NCBI GenBank assembly: GCA_002503395.1
Contig: DARQ01000053.1
Location: 260-28,334, forward strand
Length of the DNA stretch: 28,075 bases
Direction of reading: 5' to 3'
From: Euryarchaeota archaeon UBA60
GTDB taxonomy: Archaea; Thermoplasmatota; Poseidoniia; Poseidoniales; Poseidoniaceae
Each line of letters begins with the position of its first letter. Positions within the stretch are counted from its first letter, which is position 1. Shown piece after piece: positions 8,008 to 20,000 of this stretch. Below the pieces are notes generated by a model. That model searched no databases. It was not told where the DNA came from and saw nothing but the letters and a program-made list of their open reading frames with translations. Both the position numbers and the translations under genes were made by a program.

Positions 8008-11000
8008 ATGAAGTTAAATACTACGAAACTGAATAAAACAAGCATTTGGGGCGGAGTCGGCAGTGCCGTATTTCTCGTCCTCCTGATGGCTCTAATGCCA
8101 TTTGGCGGAATAGCAAGCGCCCCCATGGATGAAGTTGATTCCGCTTTGGAATCAGACGCAGCAGAAGCGAAGGCAGATCCCTTTGCCCTACCTGTGGAAT
8201 CCGCTGGAACGATTGAACTGGAAGACCGCGATCCCACGAAAGAGCTGTTGGGAATGAGGGGTCTGACGCAGAAGGGCTATGTCGAGGATAACGGTGACAT
8301 CACCGTACTCACCTTCGACGAACCCATCCACTACGTTGCCGATGGCATCACGTGGGAGGAGATCAACACCAATGTGGTAGCGACTCCTTATGGATGGGAG
8401 GTCAGCGACAACCTGTTCAAGACCAGTTTCGCTGGTGAAGTCGGTGGTGGTGTCGCCATTCAGGCGCACCCCAACGTCGACCCGATAATCGTCGGTATCC
8501 AGCCAATGCTGGTGACCCTAGATATCACCGGAACCGCACCGGAGCCGGTGCACGTCGGACCTACAGAAGAGGCAATATCGACCGGTGGCAACACCATTCG
8601 ATACCCGCTTGCAATGGGCTACGACCTCGACTACCAGGTCGAGAACGGCAAGGTGAAGCAGAACCTGATTATTCGTGACCAGCCGGTCCTCGAAGAGGGT
8701 CAGGAATGGTTCGGACTCTCTGAGATGATCCGTATGCCGGTCGACTACGCTCTATACGTGGGCGAAGTTGTGGTGGGCCAGGAAATTATCATGACCCAGG
8801 AACCCCTGCAAGTTCGCCATATCGAAACCGGAGAACTCCTTGTGGAGTTCCCGACACCGACCGTCATTGAACCCGGCAACTCGGAGTTGCACATGGGAAC
8901 CTACTTCGTTTCCGTGGTCAACGGTGGCCAGGTATTCCTGACAACTGCGGTAGAGAGCAGTTGGCTAATGGACATGAACCGCTCGTACCCAATCAACCTC
9001 GACCCGACTATTCAAGTCCAGCAGAGCGGCGGTACCTATGGTGGTGGATACTGTTATGTCTACTACGGATACTGTTATGACGGCACCTACAGTTACCTGT
9101 ATCGATATTACGCGAGTATCTACTACATACCATGGCACCGATACGACTTCACTGCTCAGAACCTCGGGACTGCAGCATACCCGACCAAGGTCGAGTGGAA
9201 GATGTACCGATCGTACTACTACTCGTACTCCTCTAACAGCGCCACAGCAACCTTCCTAGAGAATTGCGGAACCGATGTTCGCTACAATTATGGCGTCTCA
9301 TCCGCTTCCTGCTCGGGAGACATCACCAAAAGTCTGTTGTCCGGAAGCAACTCTAACGTCAACGAGCGCAAATTGATTTCATCGATTTGGAACAGTAGGA
9401 CCCTGGGCAGTGTTGGATCTGGAACCGGTTGGAAGACCCTGACCGTCTGTAATTCTCAGACCGCCTGCTCCAGCGGAGATGGATTGGTGTTATTCAACGC
9501 CATGAACGGCGGCGGAACCAAGGGTGTTGGGATGATGTACTCGACCTCTACCTACTATTACACCTACTCGTACAATGCCGGTAGCAGCAAGTCCTACTAT
9601 GCAATATCCTATGGTGGAGCAAGTGATACCAATGCACCATCGGCAATGAATTACGCAGCCTATACTGGAATAACCACCTACAAGGAAGGGGCACGAACCT
9701 TCTTCATCGACCTCAAGGATAATTCCGGTATCGACACCACCTCATCCGGTGGCCCATTCATGTACTACAGCGTAGATAACGCCACTTATACCAAGGTCAG
9801 CGCCAGTACCATCGGTACCTGCACCTCCTCGGCAGCTCGGTGCCAGTTCAGGGCTACCACTTCAGCCCTAGCCGAGGGCGACTACGTCACGTACTACTGG
9901 GAATACTCTGACCTCTCAAGCAACAGCAACACAGGAACCTCGCCGAGCGGGGGCTCATCCGGCCCACACTGGTTCCAAATCGACGCGACTGAGGACGCTG
10001 GAAGCGCCAAGAAACTCCAGGTGCAACTGGAACAGCGCAGTGCGTATTCCTCGTACCAGCCCCAGAAGTACTTCGACCAGTTGATGACCTATTACGACAG
10101 CAGTGACGAATTCGTATTCGAGTTCGACACTTCGGATTGTGGAACCGGCTCTCAGAGTTGTTTCTACACCAGTAACTACTACTTCTACCAGATGTGGAAG
10201 ATGCAGTGGACGACTGCCCCTTCAAGCGGATACAACGGCTTTGGCGGAACCCAATCCGGTTCATGGGACATGATGGCAGATATTGATAACGGCTTCATCA
10301 CTTTGACCGCCGATGATGGTCCGGGCATGAACCTGATTTACCTTTACGACAGTAGTGCGAACAGATGGTCGGTAACCGGATTGGATACCTCGACCGGAAT
10401 CGACGAGACTTTGACAGGTGGACTCACCAAGACCAAGCGTGGAACCTACGGATACACCGACCACTACAATATCAAGTTGGACAATATCTATGGGACGGTC
10501 GGCAAATTCGACTTCAATGGAAGTTACTCTTCCAGCCGAGCCAACTGGCTTTGTCAAGGAACAAACGGATTCGTCTACTTCTTCCGCAGTACCAGTTCTA
10601 ACCCTCTTTGTACCAGTGGGTACTACTACGCATACTCGCCTTCGTACAGGTGGACCGGCTTTGCAATAGGCATGGGATACTATGGAAGTATGTCCACGAG
10701 TGGCGGTATGAGCTACAAGGTTACCAAAGTAGCCCCCGAGCCCGACCGCACCGCACCCACTATGGATCACACACCACTTCTCGACAGTCACTCGAAGAAG
10801 AGGACAATCAGCGCGACTATTGTCGATGCTGGCGAGCCACCTACAGGCCTCAACACCTCTCAAGTAATCGGTGTTGGGCCAACTCTGTACTATCGGCAGA
10901 GCGGCACATCCACTTGGTTTGATACTCTGATGAGCCCGGTCGGTAAGACCCGCGCCGAGTGCAAGACTGCATCTTGCGAATGGACTGCGACCTTGGATTC

Positions 11001-14000
11001 GGATTCTGGCGCCGTCGATACCGACTTCATGGAGCGCGGCAAGACGATTGAATACAAACTGTATTCCCGGGATATGAATTCAGACAGTGCCGGAAGCAAT
11101 AGCAGAACGACGTCGGTGATGTCGTTTGAGGTTGGAGACCCGAACAAGGTCTTCGTCGTAGAATGGCACGACCTCGGATACTTCAACAATCAGTATGCAT
11201 GTACCTTCCAGGTGTTGTTGTACGATGAGACCAATGAGATTGAGTTCAAGTACGACACTGGATGCTCGGTCTACTACGATTACGCAACCATCGGCTATCA
11301 GAACTATGCACGCAACATCGGTGCTACCATCGACAACGGTGTTGACGGATATCAGGCTGGAAGCAATGCCTTCAATTCCAACTATCGTATTGCCACCGAT
11401 GGCAGTGCTCACGGTTGGGAGAAGTTCGACCTCGGGGCTACCCCAATCACCAACTACAAGGTGGCGATTCAGGGCTCGAGCAACGGTAACCCAACCGGAT
11501 ATTACTGTGTTTCCTCATACTGGTGGAACACCTACAAGGCTGGCTGTGACGCCAATATAGACCTACCCGATGGCTTCTCGTTCGATTACTTCGGCACCAC
11601 CTTCGACGGCGATAGCAGCAACAGTCGAGTCTTCATCAGCAGATTCGGTGCTATGTACCTGAAGAGCACCAGTTCGACCAGCCCGGAGCGCGCCATGACC
11701 ACATGGTACACCAATATGCCGGAACTTCCATACTCGAGTAATACCTACTCGCGACCAAACCTGATTGCTCCATGGTGGGGCTATTACAGCAGTTATTACT
11801 GCTACTCTACCTCTTCAGTCGACTGTAGCATACGCTACCGTATCATGCCTTTCGAGGGCAAGGGTACGGATGTCGATGCAAGTAGTCTGACCGATGTCGA
11901 TTGGGATTTGCTGGACAGCCCGATAAGGATCAATCCACCCGGTGACTATCTATCGATCACCGGTAACATGAACATCGACGCGGGAGTGGTTGTTCAGGTG
12001 GCTAATGGCAAGGGGATATCATTTGATGGCTCTTGTTCCAACATGAACCTGCTTGGCAACACCACTGATCATATCCTCTTTGAGGGACAGGCTGGCCAGA
12101 CCTGGAAGGGAATGGCTTTCACCGCCGGTTGCAGTTCGGGTACCGACGATAGGCATCTCATAGAATTTGTCGACTTCGCCAACACCAGCGATGCTGCCAT
12201 AAGTGCTGGAAGCCGCCACGGCGCTTCACCTAGCACCAATTCCAACGTCGGCAACTTCACCATGACTGATGTCACCTTCAAGAATGTAGGTTCGGCAGTT
12301 AGCCACGGTAGTGGTGACGGAACAATGTTCATTATAGCAGATGTCGATGTCGAAGACTCGTCAGGAAGTTGTTTCGACTTCCCGACCGATGCTGTTGTAA
12401 CGATGAATGATGTCGATATGGACGGATGTAACACCGGTGGTAGTTCCACAGGTGGAGCGATAGTCAACGACGGCGGTTCGACCGGTGGAAGCCTTTGGGT
12501 GGAAGATGTCACGATTGCCGATTCCTTCGTCAATCTGATTTCCTCGGACCTGGCGTCCATCACCATCATCAACGTTGTAGCAACTCACTCTGCAACCCAA
12601 AGCGGGGTTGCATTGGAAGCATCTGCTGGTGCGACCGGAAGTACGTTGAGTGTAGATGCCATGGATGCCGACGACTACTCCTCGGTAAATATCAATACAC
12701 TAGACAGTTACAACATCACGGACAGTGACTTCGGCGATGCCAACATCGCCATCTCCCCAAACGGTGCCTCAAGTACGGCGTCGGGAGCGCATGGAGATAA
12801 TGCCCTTCTCAACGGTGTCGTCGCAGGCGCCCTGAGCATGGCTCGTACCGCGCCGGAGATGAACAATGTTGACCTTTCAGGAGCATTGACAGTGTCTGGT
12901 AACAGCCCGACCACCAACATGATTTTTGGTGACAATGTCGATGCCGACGGTGTGAGTTTCCAAGGCTGCGGCTATACCTACCTCTTCACTGATATGGACC
13001 TCGACGCCGGCGGCGCCGATTCATACGTGAGCAGTTCCTGTTCGAGCAGCAATGCTCCGAACAGCATCACAATCGATGGGGGTACAATTGCAACGGCGGC
13101 CTCGGGTGCTAACAACGTCATCTACGCGCGCAACTCAAGGGTAACACTCGGATCTGTTGACATCACCGGCATGACGGCCCCTGGTAACTATGTGGCCAAG
13201 GCGTCATCCAACGGCATCATCTCGATGATTGGAGTGACGTGGAATAGCGATGCCTGTGCTGACGCGGACGGCTGGACCGGCGAATCAGACTGCTGGGTGC
13301 AGATATCCTCTAGCAGCGGGGAGATCTTCTTCGGTGGTACTGCTTCGGTAAAGGTATGGAAGAATATCGGAAACGCTACTACTGGCACGATTAAGGACTA
13401 CAAGTCAGGTCATATCGTCAATGCAGAAGTCGTCGATAGCGGCGGCTCAGGATTATTCATTGTCGGTCGTCACATCACCGACAGTAGCGGTGAGGCACAG
13501 GCATGGGTTCTATCTGAATCAGTGTCCGGTATCGGCTTGTCATCGACTGGTTATATCGCTCACAATGTGTTCGGCTACGGCCCTGCTGGAGTCAATGAGA
13601 CCTTCACCACTGATCCATGGTATCCTCTGGTTTCCACTGTACCTACCTTCGGTGTCGGTGATTCGATTGAACTTGAATTGTTCCCGGCTCCTGTCGACCT
13701 TGGTGACGCTAACATGGACTGTTCTTGGTTGGCAAGTAACTCTACCATCGCGGATACCTATGACCCTGATGGAGATGACACTTACGTGTTTGACTCGAAC
13801 ACCATCACCCTCTCGGCCGACCTCGTCTTGGACAGCTGTAATTTCATGTTGAACGGTGCGACCTTGAAGATAAAGAGTGATGCTACCGTTTCGCCTACTC
13901 TAACAGTGAGTGGCGGCTCTTGGATAAAATTGATCGTGGAGCCAAACTCACAACTGATCGGCACCATCCGCGCCCAGAGCAGTTCCTATCCACTGCACCT

Positions 14001-17000
14001 CGATATTCAGGACGGGCTTCTTTGGATTGACGGCGGAATCGTCAAGGACGTAGCCCAGAGCGGTACAACCGGCTCGGCTCTGTACATTGGAACCGGTGCC
14101 ACTTTGAAGATGACCAACGGCGCTAAGATATACGGCCTTGCAGCCAACTCTGATGACATGGCAACCGTCGAGATTGACGGTGGTACTCTGGAAGGGGATG
14201 ATGGCAACATCATCAATACCGGCGGCACCGGAACCGGAATCTGGTTTGAGAACACGAAGTCTGGAATGGCTAACCTAGCTGTCTCTGGGGCTGCAGTAGG
14301 AATCAAATCCTACAACGCCGCACCTCAGTTGGACGGCTTCACGGTTACTGACAGTGATGTTGGAGTAAACCTCTACGGTGGCATGAGTCTACCTACTATC
14401 TACCGCTCGACCTCTCTGTCGGGAATGAATGCAGGATGGGAAACCTATTCCTTCGACATCTCTGGTTTCATGGATAAGGATTACGTGCAACTCGGCTACA
14501 ACAGTATATGGGCCGGCGGTAATGCCCACCCGAGGTATAACTATGCTACCTCCAAGTATTACATGATGACCGACCGAATGTGGGTCGAGTTCGAACTCGA
14601 CCAGGACTCCGATGGTGTTGCTGATGTGACATACAACCACAGTGACCGTGGCACCGGAACCCGCACCTCACCGGGCTACTACAACGCCCACGATGGTGAT
14701 GGTGTTGCAGATGGCCTGGGTCGCGCAGGAAGCGATACCAGCGGCGAGTATTCCGGCTACAATTACTGGGATTGCAACCTATATGCCTATAATCAGAATC
14801 CAGCGTATCAGGATTATGGTTACTGGTATTACTTGACTTATACATATTACGCAAACCAAGTGGGTCTAAGCGGAGCCTACACCCAATCATCAAATGGTTA
14901 CTATGGTGCCGGCTCTGAACCGAATAATTTCGGCTACCGCTGGGATATAGCAGAAGATCTGTCGTCCTCGGCATCGATGTACTACCCATACCACTACTGG
15001 GGCTATTACTACAACGCTTACAATGCCTATAACAATCCGTTATTCTATCCTCCAGAAGGATTCAATGGCCTATTCGGCGGATACAATATCTGTATGGACT
15101 ACTACTACACCGGGTATTCTCCGGGACTATCACAGGCTGGAAACCGGGTTTCCATGCCGATAATCGACATGAACAACGAAGGTGACGGCGCCAATGACCG
15201 AAATGGTGTCGCAATACCCGAGGGCAAAATTGTCGGAGCAACTCTGAATATCGACTTCTTCCACAACCGTGCTGACAACTATCAGGACCGAATAGAGATG
15301 GTCGTGCGCTCGTCGGACGATATCGTGGACCTGGTTAACGAAAATTGGGCACGTGAGGCTGGAACGCCTCTGTTCAAGGACGGAGTAATCGACGATTCCG
15401 ACGTCGGAATCGAGGTTGGTGGCGGCTACGCGGCCGGCGTCTTTGAGAGCATGACCGTTAATTCTCCGACCTCAAGTGGAATGGTGATTACGGGCTCGTC
15501 TTTCGCCTCCGTCGACGGTTTGATCGTCACCAACGGTGATTACTGTGTCCGCACCGGTCTTACTGCAGCAGGCAGAATTGACCTGGACAACTTGAATTGC
15601 CAAGACCAACTAGTTGCTGGAGTTTCCTACCAGCGCGATATCTCGGGCAGTTTCTCCGGTTCGATTACCGGAAGTCTGGGAGCGGCGGTTGAATATGGCT
15701 CAGCGACTACTGCTGATCACGAATTCACTGGTCTGATGCTCAGCGGCAACGCCATAGGTATGAGTATGGGAGGCAAAGGGACATTTACACTAATCGGAAG
15801 TAACTTCGGCAATACCAATTACGATATTGCCGTACCTGGTTCGAGCGAAGTGACCTTCATCGATGGAACAATCGATGATAACAAGACCTCGGTCACGGGT
15901 ACTGGCGTCATCAAGCGCGCGCGCAGTCTAACGATTACCTTGTCCGAGGACACCGATAGCACTGTCAGTACAGTGGAAGGCGCCAACATCTTGTTGATGG
16001 CCGGTGATAGCTCAATCCAAGGTTCATCGACGACCGATGCTTCTGGTATCGCGGGAGGAATCCTGTATACCACAATGGAACGTACCAGTTCAGGTGCAAC
16101 ATGGCCCAACCTAGGTGGCTATTCAGCAGTGACTGCCGCCGAGATTGACTACCAACGCACCGGGGCGAATCAAAAGATGGATTTCCGATACAAGAGTGTT
16201 TCATTAACACTTGACCCGGATGCAGCATCTGTGGGCACAATTACCTTGGAAGAAGCAGATATCATTCCGTATCGTGTCTGTTACTCCTTCACTTCGACAG
16301 CATACGCCATGTTAGCCGGATGTTCGGGCATGACCTCCGGTGGCAGCAAGGCCTACGACAACGATGGCGACGGCACCAACGATGCATGGGAATACGGATA
16401 TTTCGGTGCGACACCAAAAGATATGTCCGGCAAGACAATCCTGATGGACGTGCCTTTCATGTACATACCCAGTGACTCATCGTCATCGACTAAGAATAAC
16501 TGGAACAACACCAACTTGATAATAACCGGTAATTACGACTATTACGGATACCAGCGTTGGACATCGACATATCCTTACAACTCACACCTGTACATGGATA
16601 ACATGAATGCCGTCTCGCTATCTACCACTCAACAGGGAGTAGCTTCAGGAGTGATGTTCGGGTACTTTGCATGGTCTGACATCAATCCATGGATTACCAA
16701 CAGTACGGTTGTTGGACTGTCCGGCATAGCCGCCGGTCGTGAGAACACCAACTGGGATCCAGACCACTTCGTCGTCGCTGACAACACCTTCATCCGCGCC
16801 GGTGGCCCGGGTGCTCCGAAGACCTCTTTCGGCTATCAGGAGATGTGTATCGTCAATTCCGGTATCCACGATGCCATTGTGACCAATAACATCATCAGCG
16901 GTTGTCCGATTTCGATAATGATTAGGAACATTGTCTACACCTATTACTTCACACAGAGCGTGTGGGGGCCTGACGACATGATCATCGAGGGTAACACCTT

Positions 17001-20000
17001 CCTCGACACAGGCACGATTTCGACGTGGTTCTACTTCTCTTACGGAGATGATATCAGCGTCAAGGACAACACTTTCAGCGGTAGCACCGCACCGACCTAT
17101 CAGGTCTATGGCCAGAGTGCCTATACTACAAGATTAACGATCGATGGTAACACGTTCACTTCAGGTGACCAACCGATTTACCTGCGCGGTACACTCGACT
17201 ATGATGTCAAGAATAACGACATCACAGGAAACCGTAATCAGGCACATCCAGGTATCTACACCCTGAACGGCTATGGCTCGATAAGTGGTAACACTCTGAC
17301 CGATGCCGACGGCGGTATCATGATTGACGGTGTACGCAGTGGGCAGTCCCTAACTGTGACCGATAACACAATCGGAACATCCGCTGGCCGCACCGCACCC
17401 GGTGCAATCGGTATATGGGCTGAAGACTGTGGTGCAACGACGCTGGTAACCGGCGGTAACGATGTGACCACCGTCATGAACGGTCTCGTGGTCGATGGCT
17501 GCGCCGTTTCCGATACAGGTTCCAAGTTCACCGGAACCGGTGGTGTCGGCGGCGCCTCTTGGTCTGTCGACGTCATGGAATCCTACTACGCCCCGGGGAG
17601 CCTGAACATCAGTGAGGGTGATTCGGTGCGCTGGAGAGCCAAGGAGTACTTCAACGGGACGCCATACATCCACACAGTTACCTCTGATGCCAATAGTTCC
17701 GAGGTCTTTGACAGTGGTACAATGAATCTGGGTAGCACCTTTGCCTACACCTTTGATAATGCTGGAACATATTACTACCACTGCACTAACCACGCCTCTA
17801 TGACCGGTAGTATCACCGTGACTGCAGGGAGTTCAGCTTCGTTCACCGCCAATGGAATCAATGTGATTTCCTCCGGCAACAAGGTGATATCGCTGAATGG
17901 CACCGAGGTCGGTGGCTACAGCACCGGAGTTTCTATGTCCGGTGGTGGCCTTGAACTGACCGGCGGAGCGAGAATTGCTGGTGTCGGATATGCCCTCTAT
18001 CTAGATGGCGTTGACGTGACCACCAGTGGCGCTAATCTGGATGCCAACGGCACCAGCGGAATCGGCCTTTACCTGACAAACGGTGGAAGTCTGAATTTGA
18101 ACGACTTGAGCACAGGAGCAGGATATGGTGTCTGGACCGATGGTGTGGACTTCAACTGGAATGGTGGAACCGCTTCCGGCGGAACTGCGCTATATGCAGA
18201 AAATCGTGCTGAGGGAGACTTCCAGAACATCACCTTCGACGCAGGTCTGGCAACACAGATACACGCTGGTGCGAATACCATCATCACCAGTGTCGGAAAT
18301 ACTCTGGACAACGCCTCGTTGTGGCTCGACTCAACCGCCGTTATCCATGAGGCTAACCTGTTGACCTTGACTACCGACCGTAACGAGGACTATACTCCGC
18401 TGACACCGCCAACTGCATCCGACGACATCGGTTTGATGATCACCGCTACCGATGGTTCCAAGGCGGCCTTTGTGAGTCCGACCTTCCGCGATACGTCACC
18501 TACCATTGATGGAGACGTCAGCGAGTGGGCGGCTAACCCACTGAACCCATCCGACGACATGATGCCTGGCGTCATGTCGGGAGACGGCACCGACGACATG
18601 TTGGTGACTTGGGATGCGCAAAAGTTGTACATCGGTATCACCGGTACAAACTTGGACAGCGGAGACCTGCAGGTCTACATCGGTCATGGTGCATCGGGAA
18701 CATCAACCTCATTACTATGGGATAACATGCAACACGAATTGCCATTCTTGGCAAACTATGCATTCTGGGCCGAGGACGGCTCAAACCCACCAAAGGATGG
18801 AGACACCACCTATACGTGGGGGCTGAAGAGTTGGTCGACCGGAACAAACACCTGGGCTGACATCTCCGAAGGCTGTACGTGGAGCCAAGACAGCGCCTAC
18901 ATCGGCTGGGCTAGCAACGACGTTACTGAAATCGCAATACCATGGTCATGTATCGGCTCGCCAAACGGCGATGTCCGCATGCTGGCAACTGTATTGAACG
19001 AGGGCGATGGAGAGGTCAACACGGTACATCCTAATCCGGACGACTTCACCCTTGCCGGTGGTAATGAGTCCTTCACTGATACGTTATCTATCACTCTAGG
19101 TCAACTTAACCTCAATGATGGAAACATTGACGACTACCGCCTGGTCTACCGCAGTTACTTAGGTTCCACAACCGCATCCGCCGCCAAGAATTACGATGTA
19201 ATGGTAATCGGCGATGCACCCTGTGAAGAAGATTGGGGGACCATCGGTGACATCAGTATGGCAGCAAATTACGAAGGTAGCATCACCATCGAGCGTGCCT
19301 GCCCATTCATTGCCTCACCTTCCTTCGTAACCGTGACCACCGTCGGCAACAACCTGACTGGAACCGGATACATGGTAGGATTCGAGGATATGCCGATGCA
19401 GACAATCCCACTTACACCTTATGGAATTGATATACAGACCTCTGCTATCGACATAGAATGGGTAATCACCGACCATCCGAACCCAATGTTCGCCCCGACC
19501 ACCCTGCTAGAATACTACCAGTGGGGAGTCAAGGGAGTGGACACGGTTGGAGTAGACCATGATGATAACGAATCAACGCCTGATTATCCAATGCCTATCG
19601 GTGATAATCAAGCTGTGAATCTAACAGTTCTGCCAAATCAGTTCGGTAACTACAACGTCAAGTTGACGATTACGGATGAGCACGGATTGACCGACACCGG
19701 TTACCTGACCGTCATTGTCCTACCAATCAACGACGCACCGATTATCTGGAACTTTGCTCATACCAACAACAACCTCGCCCTAGGATTCACTCCATATGGG
19801 ACTTGGTCGTCATATGGATTGTCTAACGTGCCAGTATTCACCACCAACAGCAATAGTTATGAAAACGTCGCCGATGAGGGACATGGAACCGTACCTTACA
19901 AGTTGGGAACTGCGGTCTTTGGTTTGACTACCGATACCACCTACATCTACGATCAGTTGAACGAGCAGCCACAAGCATACACTTGGGGCGCCAGCGTTCC

